Source: Terriglobia bacterium
GTDB taxonomy: Bacteria; Acidobacteriota; Terriglobia; UBA7540
Assembly: GCA_035946625.1 (NCBI GenBank)
Contig: DASYZE010000042.1
Location: forward strand, 7,065-71,064
Reading direction: 5' to 3'
Length of the DNA: 64,000 bases
Below, in pieces: positions 8,900 to 17,920 of the stretch. Each line of letters starts with the position of its first letter. Within the stretch, counting starts at the first letter, position 1. A program made the position numbers and the translations under genes. The notes beneath the pieces were generated by a model, which had not been told where the DNA came from, searched no databases, and saw only the letters and a list, made by a program, of their open reading frames with translations.

Positions 8900-10236
8900 G
8901 AAAAATCCTTCAAGGCCGCATCCCACGGCTTTCGATAGGGGCGAACAAGGTGGGTTGAAGCTTCCGCGTCCCCCACAATCTCTTCTTTGTCAGGGTTCCA
9001 GCGCAGCTTCCTGCCCAGGCGGATTGAAATATTGGCGAGGTGGCAGGCGGTGGCCGTTCGGTGACCATCCTCCACGTCAGCGACAGGGCGCTGCCGAGAC
9101 TTGATGCAATCCACAAAATTTCTTGCGTGCGAGACCAGCAGAGAGTTTGAAGCCTGCTCCTTGAGCGCATCCACCCAGGGCGTGGGCTTCACATCGGGGT
9201 GGCGTACCGGCCCGCCCGCAGGGTGCCCCATGAATTGCGGAATCTGGTTCTCCGGCGCGGTCTTCAAATCGGCGTAGACTTGGTAATCAGCACGCGAAAT
9301 TGTCATGCTGCCTTTGGTCCCGAAAAACTCGAGCCCTGCCCCTGCCCCGCGCCCCCGGCTTGCTTCGCGGTGGGACCATAGCATGGTGAATCCGGGATAC
9401 TCAAAAAGCGCGTCCTGCGTATCGGGAGTCTCGCCGTTGTCCTGGAGCGCAAACCGTCCGCCGCTCGATTCGACCGCCTGGGGTCCTTGAACGCCCATCC
9501 CCCACTGTACCACGTCTATTTCATGGGCGCCCAGGTTGGTGATTTGCCCCCCGGAGTAATCCCAAAACCATCGGAAGTGATAAATCGACCGGTTCTTGTT
9601 GTAGCGGCGCTTGGGAGCCGGGCCCAGCCAGAGGTCGTAGTCCATGCCGCTGGGTGGATCGGAATCGGGAGGCGATCCGAATCCTGGCATCACGTTGCGG
9701 AAAGAACCCAGGCGCACGGTGTGAATCTTTCCGATATAACCATCGTGGAGGCGCTTTAGAGCGTTGTGGTAGTGGACGCCGCTGCGCTGCTGCGAGCCCA
9801 CTTGCACGATGCGCTTAAAGCGCCGGGCAGCGTTCACCATGCGGCGGCCCTCGGCGACGAATAAGGTCATGGGTTTTTCCACGTAAACATCCTTGCCGGC
9901 CGCGCAAGCCAGAATAGTCAAGGGCGCGTGCCAGTGATCAGGCGTGGAAATCACCACCGCTTGAATGTCCTTGTCGTCCAGCAGGCGCCGAAAGTCCCTG
10001 TAAGCCTTGGCGCGCGGTCCGCAGGCGGCCACGCCCTCGACCAAGCGGGGCTTATAAACCTCACATATGGCTGCCAGGTCAACATCGTTCAGCGTCTTGA
10101 AATCGTGAACATGTTGGGAGCCGATCAGGCCGTAGCCGATAAATCCGACCTGGACCCGGTCGTTGGCGCCCAGCACTCGCGGCATGAATGCGGCCGCCGT
10201 CATGGAACTCAAGAAAGACCTTCGCGTCGTTGACAT
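8896..10236 (-). CDS. TAT-exported Gfo/Idh/MocA family oxidoreductase
   Basis: MSTTRRSFLSSMTAAAF twin-arginine leader, then a VQVGFIGYGLIGSQH Rossmann motif. ATG 10236 is preferred over 10431. Confidence 0.85.
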   Translation of the reverse strand: MSTTRRSFLSSMTAAAFMPRVLGANDRVQVGFIGYGLIGSQHVHDFKTLNDVDLAAICEVYKPRLVEGVAACGPRAKAYRDFRRLLDDKDIQAVVISTPDHWHAPLTILACAAGKDVYVEKPMTLFVAEGRRMVNAARRFKRIVQVGSQQRSGVHYHNALKRLHDGYIGKIHTVRLGSFRNVMPGFGSPPDSDPPSGMDYDLWLGPAPKRRYNKNRSIYHFRWFWDYSGGQITNLGAHEIDVVQWGMGVQGPQAVESSGGRFALQDNGETPDTQDALFEYPGFTMLWSHREASRGRGAGAGLEFFGTKGSMTISRADYQVYADLKTAPENQIPQFMGHPAGGPVRHPDVKPTPWVDALKEQASNSLLVSHARNFVDCIKSRQRPVADVEDGHRTATACHLANISIRLGRKLRWNPDKEEIVGDAEASTHLVRPYRKPWDAALKDFS

Positions 10237-10446
10237 GTGAATAAATATATCACTCATTGGTCCGAGTGGCGTGGCAAGAGTTGCACATGGATGGCTAAAA
10301 TCGAGAAAGCTTCGCTGGGAAAGTTGGGCCACAAATCCCTTGAAGCGAATCCTGGCGTCACACGCGTTGCCGGGCCAGAGGTTTCGGCTTATAATCCAAA
10401 TTGTCGCTATTGACGATTTGTAAATCAGCATTCCACGCGCCCTCTT

Positions 10447-11775
10447 ATGTTTCTGGTGTACAGCCTCCTCTTTGCTCTCGGAGTGATCCTGACGGCTCCC
10501 TACTACCTTTGGCGGATGCGGGGCAGAATCCTTTCCGGCGCCGATTGGCGGGAGCGCCTAGGTTATCTGCCGGCGCAATTCCAGGACATCCGGCACGGGC
10601 CGGGCGCCGTGTGGATCCACGCGGTCTCCATGGGCGAGACGGTGGCAGTGGCGGGACTGGTGCAGGCGCTGCAAGCGGAATGCCCGGAACGGCGCATTTT
10701 CCTGAGCTGCGTCACACGGGCGGGCCGCGAGGTTGGTGAGGCCCGCATGCCCGGCGTGGCGGGCCATTTTTATCTGCCGTTGGATTTTCGATTTTCGGTT
10801 CGGCGCGCATTGGCGCGGGTGCGGCCCGCCCTGTTGATGATTGTCGAGACCGAATTGTGGCCCAACCTCTTGCGGACCGCGCGCGAAAACGGCGCACGAG
10901 TGGTGCTGGTGAATGCCCGGCTCTCGAATCGGTCTTTTCGCGGCTACCGGCTGGCCAGGCCTTTCATGCGCCGGATTCTTAAGTGCATCGATTGGATAGG
11001 GGCTCAAACCGAGGAGGACGCCGAGCGATTCATTGCGTTGGGCGCCAGCCCTGACCGCGTGGCGGTGACAGGCAATTTGAAATTTGATGGCAAGCCCCCC
11101 CAAGCCGGAAGGCTTTCGAGCCCTCTCCGCGCGGGCCTGACCGTCGCGCAGCGCGGCCCGGTTTGGTTGGCCGCCAGCACTATGCCGGGCGAAGAGGCTA
11201 TGCTGCTCCAGGCGTGGAGCGAGATCCGCACGCTGCACTCAAAGTCATTTTTCATTCTTGTGCCGCGCCATCCGAACCGCTTTGAGGAGGTGGCACAACT
11301 CCTTAGAGAATCCGGGCGAAGTTTCGTCCGCCGGACGACCCTGGAACCCGGGGCACAGGATTTCGCGCGCCAACTCCTGGCGCCGGAAATTGTGCTGCTG
11401 GACACGGTGGGCGAACTGGCGGGGATTCTGGAAGTGGCGGACGTGGTTTTTATGGGGGGTAGCCTGGTTCCGACCGGCGGGCACAATCTGCTCGAGCCGG
11501 CCTATTGGGGCAAACCTATTCTGTTTGGCCCTCACATGGAAAACTTTCGCGACATCGCGCACCTCTTTTTGGAGGCGGGAGCGGCCAGCACCGTCCATGA
11601 TCCTGCTGACCTGGCGCAGCGCGTCCATGAACTTTTGCAGGACGAACGCAAGCGGAAAGAGATGGGCAACCGGGCCAGGCAACTTATGCAACTAGGGTCG
11701 GGCGCCACCGAGCGCACCCTCGAACGGCTAAGAATCATGCTGGGCGTATCGGTGCCGACCCATACTCGGATTTAA
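10447..11775 (+). CDS. waaA: 3-deoxy-D-manno-octulosonic acid (Kdo) transferase
   Basis: N-terminal membrane anchor, VWIHAVSMGE motif, and length and C-terminal GT-B fold typical of KdtA/WaaA. Confidence 0.9.
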   Translation: MFLVYSLLFALGVILTAPYYLWRMRGRILSGADWRERLGYLPAQFQDIRHGPGAVWIHAVSMGETVAVAGLVQALQAECPERRIFLSCVTRAGREVGEARMPGVAGHFYLPLDFRFSVRRALARVRPALLMIVETELWPNLLRTARENGARVVLVNARLSNRSFRGYRLARPFMRRILKCIDWIGAQTEEDAERFIALGASPDRVAVTGNLKFDGKPPQAGRLSSPLRAGLTVAQRGPVWLAASTMPGEEAMLLQAWSEIRTLHSKSFFILVPRHPNRFEEVAQLLRESGRSFVRRTTLEPGAQDFARQLLAPEIVLLDTVGELAGILEVADVVFMGGSLVPTGGHNLLEPAYWGKPILFGPHMENFRDIAHLFLEAGAASTVHDPADLAQRVHELLQDERKRKEMGNRARQLMQLGSGATERTLERLRIMLGVSVPTHTRI

Positions 11776-11788
11776 GAAGCGAGGTGCG

Positions 11789-12832
11789 GTGAATCGGATT
11801 CTCATGCCGCTTGCGACCGGCTTCAAACTTGGCGTGGCACTAAGGACTGCGGCCTACCGGCGCGGCTGGCTTGCGACCCGACGGCTAAACCGTCCCGTCG
11901 TCAGCGTAGGAAACTTGAGTGTGGGAGGTACGGGCAAGACTCCGTTTGTCGCATTCCTGGCGGAATTATTCATGAAGCGCGGCTGGAGGCCCGGCATTCT
12001 CACCCGTGGCTATGGCCGCCGCCAAGGGCCGAGTTTGATCGCAATCGAGCCTGGGCCCGCGCGCGCACCCGACCCGGGCGAGGTGGGCGACGAGCCAGCC
12101 TTGCTGGCACGGAAACTTCCGGAAGTTCCCATCGTGGTGGGGGCAGACCGATACCGGGCGGGGATTCTTGCTGAAGAAAAATACAACGTGGATGTACACA
12201 TCCTAGACGATGGCTTCCAGCACTTTGCCTTGGCGCGCGATGTGGACATCGTTCTCCTTGACTCCACCCAGGCGTGTTCGAATCGGGAACTCTTGCCTTC
12301 GGGCAAACTGCGCGAACCTGTGGAGGCTCTGGAACGCGCACAGCTTGTCGTGATGACTCGGACCGAACTGGCCGACCCTCAACCGACGGAAGAGTGCGTA
12401 CGTCAGGTTAACCCGAAAGCTCGAATCTACCGTTGCACGACAAAGCTCAAGGACCTCCTGAATCTTTCGAGGGGGACGCTGGAACAATTCGATCCCCCTC
12501 AAAGCGGGGCCATACATGCATTTTGTGGAATCGGGAATCCATCGGCCTTCTTCAGCGGACTTGAAAAATGGGGATTTACTGTGGAATCCCGGACTGCGTT
12601 CCTCGATCACCATGTTTATCGGGCGGAGGAAATTACGCGCCTCGTCACTCTCGCGGGCAAGTCGGGGGCGAAAGCATTGATCACCACGGAAAAGGATGCG
12701 TTGAATTTTCCGCCCTTGGGCAAGACGGACATTCCCATATTGGCGTGTGTGGTTCAATCCGAGCTGGGCGAAGTAGCTGGGTTTGAAGAGGCGCTGCTCG
12801 ATCGCCTGAAAGCAGTGAGGGTTAACGCTTGA
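11789..12832 (+). CDS. lpxK: tetraacyldisaccharide 4'-kinase
   Basis: VVSVGNLSVGGTGKTPFV P-loop typical of LpxK. GTG start. Confidence 0.9.
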   Translation: MNRILMPLATGFKLGVALRTAAYRRGWLATRRLNRPVVSVGNLSVGGTGKTPFVAFLAELFMKRGWRPGILTRGYGRRQGPSLIAIEPGPARAPDPGEVGDEPALLARKLPEVPIVVGADRYRAGILAEEKYNVDVHILDDGFQHFALARDVDIVLLDSTQACSNRELLPSGKLREPVEALERAQLVVMTRTELADPQPTEECVRQVNPKARIYRCTTKLKDLLNLSRGTLEQFDPPQSGAIHAFCGIGNPSAFFSGLEKWGFTVESRTAFLDHHVYRAEEITRLVTLAGKSGAKALITTEKDALNFPPLGKTDIPILACVVQSELGEVAGFEEALLDRLKAVRVNA

Positions 12833-13923
12833 TGTCACGCAACGGCGGCCTGCAGGACCCGCAAAAGATCATGGTTCGCGCCACGAACTGGGTGGGCGAC
12901 GGGGTGATTTCCCTTCCGGCGCTGGAGGCGCTTCGCAACCGCTTCCCGGAATCAGAAATAGTGCTGGTGGCCAAGCCCTGGGTGAGTGAGTTGTACTTGC
13001 ACCATCCCGCCGTCAGCCGGCAAATGGTTTACGACGCGGACGGTGAACATCGGGGCGTGGCGGGAATGCGGAAATTGATTGAAGCCATTCGCGCCGAACA
13101 GTTTGATGCCGCCATCCTATTTCAAAATGCTTTTCAAGCGGCATGGATGGCGTGGCGTGCGAAAATTCCCGTGCGCCTGGGTTATGCGTGTGATGCCCGT
13201 TCCATGCTTTTGACCAATCCCATTGAGGTGCCACCGCGCGCAGCTTATGGCCATCAAGCCTATTACTATTTGCACCTTTTATTTCGCGCCGGGGTGATTG
13301 AAAGGCCGGAACTACCCCGCCCCGTCACTGAGCCCCTGTTGACCCTGCTGGACACCGAGAGGACTTGGGCGGTCAAACAACTCCGGTCGCTGGGGCTGGA
13401 GGGTCCGCGCTTTCTTGTGGGCCTGAATCCCGGCGCCTTTTTCGGTTCAGCCAAACGCTGGCTGCCCGACCGGTTCGCGGAACTTGCCGACCGGCTGATT
13501 GGTGCGCTTCATGCCGATGTGCTAATCTTCGGGTCCCCCGCCGAGAGACCGCTGGCGGAGACAATCGCGCACACCATGAAGCACACGCCCACCATTGTGG
13601 CCGGCGAAACCACCCTCCGGCAATTCATGGCCCTGCTGGCCCAATGCCGGCTGGTGGTGAACAATGATTCCGGCCCCATGCACCTGGCGGCGGCTCTCGG
13701 TTTGCCCCAGGTGGCTATTTTCGGTTCGACCAACGAGCGCTCCACCGGTCCGCTAAGCTCGAGCGCGCGCATTGTAAAACACGCCGTCCCGTGCAGTCCA
13801 TGCGGACTGCGCGAATGCCCCATCGACTTTCGGTGCATGATGGGTGTGACGGTGGAAAACGTACATCGGGCCGCACTCGAGCTCGTTAAGGAGTTGGATA
13901 TCCGCTATGATCGCTACCGTTAA
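12829..13923 (+). CDS. waaF: ADP-heptose:LPS heptosyltransferase (GT9, WaaF-like)
   Basis: IMVRATNWVGDGVISLPALEAL N-terminus and a DSGPMHLAAA motif (GT9). Overlaps the lpxK stop by 4 nt. Confidence 0.8.
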   Translation: MMSRNGGLQDPQKIMVRATNWVGDGVISLPALEALRNRFPESEIVLVAKPWVSELYLHHPAVSRQMVYDADGEHRGVAGMRKLIEAIRAEQFDAAILFQNAFQAAWMAWRAKIPVRLGYACDARSMLLTNPIEVPPRAAYGHQAYYYLHLLFRAGVIERPELPRPVTEPLLTLLDTERTWAVKQLRSLGLEGPRFLVGLNPGAFFGSAKRWLPDRFAELADRLIGALHADVLIFGSPAERPLAETIAHTMKHTPTIVAGETTLRQFMALLAQCRLVVNNDSGPMHLAAALGLPQVAIFGSTNERSTGPLSSSARIVKHAVPCSPCGLRECPIDFRCMMGVTVENVHRAALELVKELDIRYDRYR

Positions 13924-14617
13924 AAAGAAGAGTGGGAGGAAGACTCCCGCGACCAAGGCCCGCCGGCCGGAGGAGAAACGAGCTCGTTCCCCGCGCCGGC
14001 TGACTGCCGTTTTCCTTGACCGGGACGGAACCCTGAACGAAGAGGTGGGCTACATCAATCACATCGATCGCTTGCGCCTTTATCCGTGGACGGCGGAAGC
14101 CATAAGAAAGTTGAACCGCGCCCGCGTCCCCGTGATCGTGGTCACCAATCAGTCGGGAGTAGGCCGGGGCTATTTCTCCGAGGAGTTGGTCCACAAGGTC
14201 CATCAGAAAATTGCCCTCGAACTCGCCGCCAGTGAAGCGCGATTGGATGCGTTCTATTACTGCCCGCACCACCCGGCCTCAGCCGTGGAAAACTATCGAA
14301 AGAAATGCCAGTGCCGCAAACCCCTGGGCGGTATGCTGGATGAGGCGTCGAAGCGTTTCAATATCGACGTCAAGTCTTCTTATGTGGTGGGCGACAGCAC
14401 GCGCGACATGGAAATGGGATTCAAAGCGGGCGCGCGGACCGTATTGGTGATGACGGGATACGGCCGGGGCAATTACGAATATCTCCGGGCCCGATGGCCT
14501 CGGCAGCCTGACCTGATTGCCGAAAATCTTCTGGAAGCCGTGGAGAAAATCCTGGGAGAGCTGGCGCGTCGCTCGATAAAGCCCAACCGGAACGACAGTG
14601 TGCAGCGAGCCAAATGA
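13907..14617 (+). CDS. gmhB: D-glycero-D-manno-heptose 1,7-bisphosphate phosphatase (HAD-IIIA)
   Basis: FLDRDGTLN, VVTNQSGVGRGY, the CPHHP...CQCRKP Zn site, and GDSTRD. About 33 aa of basic N-terminal extension. Confidence 0.85.
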   Translation: MIATVKKKSGRKTPATKARRPEEKRARSPRRLTAVFLDRDGTLNEEVGYINHIDRLRLYPWTAEAIRKLNRARVPVIVVTNQSGVGRGYFSEELVHKVHQKIALELAASEARLDAFYYCPHHPASAVENYRKKCQCRKPLGGMLDEASKRFNIDVKSSYVVGDSTRDMEMGFKAGARTVLVMTGYGRGNYEYLRARWPRQPDLIAENLLEAVEKILGELARRSIKPNRNDSVQRAK

Positions 14618-15627
14618 AGATCAACACCGCAGGTCGTTCCGCACTAATTGCCGTGATTGAAAAGTTTCCCCAACAGCACATCGTGCTTCTGGGGGACCTG
14701 GTGGCGGACGAATTTGTTTACGGTGAAATTGCCCGTGTCTCCCGCGAAGCTCCGGTGCTGATCCTGAAGGAACGCGAACGGCAAATTGTCCCGGGTGGAG
14801 GAGCCAACGCCGCCAACAACCTGGTGGAAATGGAAGCCCGAGTGACTCTGGTGGGAGGAGTGGGCGATGATGAAGCGGGCGAGGCGCTCCTCGCTTATTT
14901 CCAGCAGAAGGAAGTTTCCACCAGCCGCGTGATCAAGGCGCCGGGATATTCGACGCCCATGAAATCACGCATCCTGGGCGGGCTCAGCCACTGGCAGCGC
15001 CAGCAAATTGTTCGAGTCGATCGGGAGCCGGCTCAGGGTTTGGACCGAAAAGCCCGGCGAAAGTTGAGCGCGAGTGTCGTCCCCCTTCTCAGCAAAGCCT
15101 CTGCCCTGCTCGTCTCCGACTATGGGTTTGGCTCCACAGACGCCCAGGAAGTGGAATATCTGCGGCAGCGCGCCGGAAACCAACCGTTACCCATGACCGT
15201 GGATTCGCGTTATGACCTGCTGAAATTTGCACACCTGACGGCCGCGACGCCCAATGAACCCGAGCTGGAAGCCGCCTACGGAAGGAAAATCGGGAACAAC
15301 CTGGAACTGCTCCATCAACTGGGCCAGAAAACGCTGCGACGGCAATGGCTTCGAGCCTTGCTGGTGACACGAGGCCGCGACGGGATGGTCCTGTTTGAAT
15401 CCCGACGCAAGCCCGAGCACATTCCAATATTCGGCTCGGACCAGGTCACCGATGTGACGGGCGCGGGTGACACCGTAATGGCCGCGTTCACGCTGGCGCT
15501 GGCCGCGGGGGCAACTTTCCTCCAAGCCGCACAACTGGCAAACTGCGCCGGGGGTCTGGTGGTGATGAAACGAGGCACGGCCACCGTGGGCCGGCGCGAA
15601 CTCGAGGAGGCGATCCGCAACGCGTGA
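14614..15627 (+). CDS. hldA: D-glycero-beta-D-manno-heptose-7-phosphate kinase (RfaE domain I as a stand-alone protein)
   Basis: PfkB-type kinase: VLLGDLVADEF...PGGGANAANN...DVTGAGDTV. Overlaps gmhB and hldC by 4 nt each. Confidence 0.85.
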   Translation: MKINTAGRSALIAVIEKFPQQHIVLLGDLVADEFVYGEIARVSREAPVLILKERERQIVPGGGANAANNLVEMEARVTLVGGVGDDEAGEALLAYFQQKEVSTSRVIKAPGYSTPMKSRILGGLSHWQRQQIVRVDREPAQGLDRKARRKLSASVVPLLSKASALLVSDYGFGSTDAQEVEYLRQRAGNQPLPMTVDSRYDLLKFAHLTAATPNEPELEAAYGRKIGNNLELLHQLGQKTLRRQWLRALLVTRGRDGMVLFESRRKPEHIPIFGSDQVTDVTGAGDTVMAAFTLALAAGATFLQAAQLANCAGGLVVMKRGTATVGRRELEEAIRNA

Positions 15628-16109
15628 CGGAAAAGATTATTCCGCGAAGCCAAGTTTCGAACCTTGGTGACCGATTACGGGGCGAGGGTCGTCGCATAGT
15701 ATTTGCCAACGGCTGTTTTGACATACTGCACGTTGGCCACGTTCGTTACCTTCAGGGCGCAAAGAACCAGGGAGACGTGCTGGTGGTGGGCGTGAATAGT
15801 GACCGGACGGTGCGGGAACTCAAAGGCCCCGGCCGTCCCTTGCTGGAAGCCGGAGCGCGTGCGGAGCTCGTGGCGGCGCTCGAATCCGTGGACTTTGTTG
15901 TGATTTTCGACGATTCGACCGCGGTAGGAGTCCTGCGGGACCTGCGTCCCCAAGTGCATTGCAAGGGAACTGATTATACCGAGCAGACGGTCCCGGAGCG
16001 CGAAGTGATGGAGGGTTTGGGAGGAACTGTGCGCATTGTTGGCGATCCCAAGGACCATTCCACGCGCGAGGTTTTGTCTGGAATCATCCAGAGGTATCAA
16101 AAGCATTGA
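15624..16109 (+). CDS. hldC: D-glycero-beta-D-manno-heptose-1-phosphate adenylyltransferase (RfaE domain II as a stand-alone protein)
   Basis: Cytidylyltransferase fold motif IVFANGCFDILHVGHVRYL...VVGVNSD. Confidence 0.85.
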   Translation: MTEKIIPRSQVSNLGDRLRGEGRRIVFANGCFDILHVGHVRYLQGAKNQGDVLVVGVNSDRTVRELKGPGRPLLEAGARAELVAALESVDFVVIFDDSTAVGVLRDLRPQVHCKGTDYTEQTVPEREVMEGLGGTVRIVGDPKDHSTREVLSGIIQRYQKH

Positions 16110-16261
16110 GTGATGGGGTGATTGCATCATCGTACGATTGAGGGATAACCTTCGAAATTCGGAAATCGAGAGCTGAACATTCAAGAACAGGTTTCCAGGT
16201 TCATTTTTCCTCCGTCTTCCATTCGCCCATTCACCCAATTGCAATATTACCCCATCGCTCA
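16107..16261. repeat. inverted repeat bracketing the hldC|waaC spacer
   Basis: 16107-16126 tgagtgatggggtgattgca versus 16240-16261 tgcaatattaccccatcgctca (reverse complement with 2 small mismatches). The left arm contains the hldC stop; the right arm ends 1 nt before the waaC ATG. Confidence 0.8.
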
Positions 16262-17314
16262 ATGCCTATGCGTTTTTTAATCATCCGCCTCAGCTCCATC
16301 GGTGACATTGTCCACGCCCTGCCGGCCGCTACGGCCCTGGCCCGGACATTCCCCGACGCTGAAGTCGATTGGGTCGTCGAGGCTCGTCACGCCGCCTTGC
16401 TCGAGGGTAACCCCTGGGTGAAGCGGGTGGTGAAGCTCGACACGCTGGGCTGGCGCAACAACCTCTCTTCAGCAACAGTGATCGAAGAGGTGGCACGTGG
16501 TATGGCCCTACTTCGCCAAGAAAACTACGACGCTACGCTGGATTTCCAGGGACTGATAAAATCCGCAATTATTTCCAGGTTCAGCCGCTCGCCACGGAGG
16601 CTTGGGTTTGCGGAGCATTGGCTGCGGGAGCCTGCTGCCGGAATCTTTTATGATGAGCGCGTGTCGCCGCGCCATCGCCGTCACATTATCGAAATAAACT
16701 TTTCCCTGGTCGAGCACCTGGGCGCCCGCAATCCCGGCCCGGAGAAATGGGAATTCCCTTTACCCCGGACCCAGCCAGATGATGCCTATATTGAAGAGCA
16801 ACTTGCATGTTTCGGAGCCAAGGAGTTTATGGTGATGAATCCGGGTGGCGGATGGCAGGCCAAGCGTTGGGCGCCCCGGCAATACGCGGAACTTATTCGC
16901 AGCCTTGAACCGGAGTTCGGGGGGAAAATATTTATCACCGGATCGCCGGAAGAAGAGGGGTTGATCCATGAGATTCTGAGCCTCGCAAATTCACGGCGGG
17001 CGCATTACTTCCCTTCCACCCTCGTCCAGCTTATTGCCCTCGTCAGGCATGCGCAGCTCTTCCTAAGCGGAGACACCGGTCCGCTGCATCTGGCCGCTGC
17101 TGTCCGCACCCCCATCGTTGCCATTTTTGGAACCACGGACCCTTTGAACACGCCTGGGCGCAATGGGCCATTTATTCCGGCGGACATTACACTCTCGAAC
17201 GGGGGCCCGCTTTCATCCTGGCGTGAAACCAAAGCGCCGCATTACATCGAGGGTGTTACAACGGAGAATGTGTTAACGGCTGTCCGAGAACGCATGGCGA
17301 GGGCGCATGTCTGA
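16262..17314 (+). CDS. waaC: LPS heptosyltransferase (GT9, WaaC-like)
   Basis: MRFLIIRLSSIGDIVHALPA N-terminus and GDTGPLHLAAA motif (GT9). Confidence 0.75.
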   Translation: MPMRFLIIRLSSIGDIVHALPAATALARTFPDAEVDWVVEARHAALLEGNPWVKRVVKLDTLGWRNNLSSATVIEEVARGMALLRQENYDATLDFQGLIKSAIISRFSRSPRRLGFAEHWLREPAAGIFYDERVSPRHRRHIIEINFSLVEHLGARNPGPEKWEFPLPRTQPDDAYIEEQLACFGAKEFMVMNPGGGWQAKRWAPRQYAELIRSLEPEFGGKIFITGSPEEEGLIHEILSLANSRRAHYFPSTLVQLIALVRHAQLFLSGDTGPLHLAAAVRTPIVAIFGTTDPLNTPGRNGPFIPADITLSNGGPLSSWRETKAPHYIEGVTTENVLTAVRERMARAHV

Positions 17315-17870
17315 AGCCTATGCAGCCTGGGCCGCTCGGTGGCGGGTACCCCTCGGATTTGTCCTGGGCATTGCCTTCATATTCCTTTCCCAACCGACGG
17401 TACGGTTCCTGGTCGCCGGCGCCATCATTGCCTTTGTTGGGCTTACGCTGCGGGCTTACGCTGCGGGCTATTTGGAAAAAAGCCGGGAGTTGGCAGTCAG
17501 CGGCCCTTATCATTACACCCGCAACCCACTATACCTTGGTAGTTTCTTCATGGGCCTCGGTTTCGCGGTCGCCGCCGGGTCGTGGATGTTGGGTCTGATA
17601 TTTGTTGGGTTTTTTATATTGATTTACGTGCCCGTCATGCGCCGCGAGAGGGATTTTTTGCGCCGCCAGTTCGGCGAAGCGTACGACCGGTACGCGAATT
17701 CGGCATCGCTGTTTTTCCCCACCTTCAGAACTTCGATCAGGGTAAAAGAGAACTGCGCTTCCAGGGTTAAGTTTCGATGGGAGCGGTACCGCAGGAACCA
17801 CGAATATGAGGCAGCGATTGGGTATCTCTGCGCATTGGTTTTTCTGGTGATAAAACTTCGAATGCGGTAA
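17307..17870 (+). CDS. isoprenylcysteine carboxyl methyltransferase (ICMT/PEMT) family membrane methyltransferase
   Basis: Polytopic protein with a GPYHYTRNPLYLGSF motif. Overlaps the waaC stop. Confidence 0.7.
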   Translation: MSEAYAAWAARWRVPLGFVLGIAFIFLSQPTVRFLVAGAIIAFVGLTLRAYAAGYLEKSRELAVSGPYHYTRNPLYLGSFFMGLGFAVAAGSWMLGLIFVGFFILIYVPVMRRERDFLRRQFGEAYDRYANSASLFFPTFRTSIRVKENCASRVKFRWERYRRNHEYEAAIGYLCALVFLVIKLRMR

Positions 17871-17920
17871 ATTATTGATGAGGCTGCCTTTCTGCTTTGC
17901 ACGCCGTCTAAGCATAAGCT

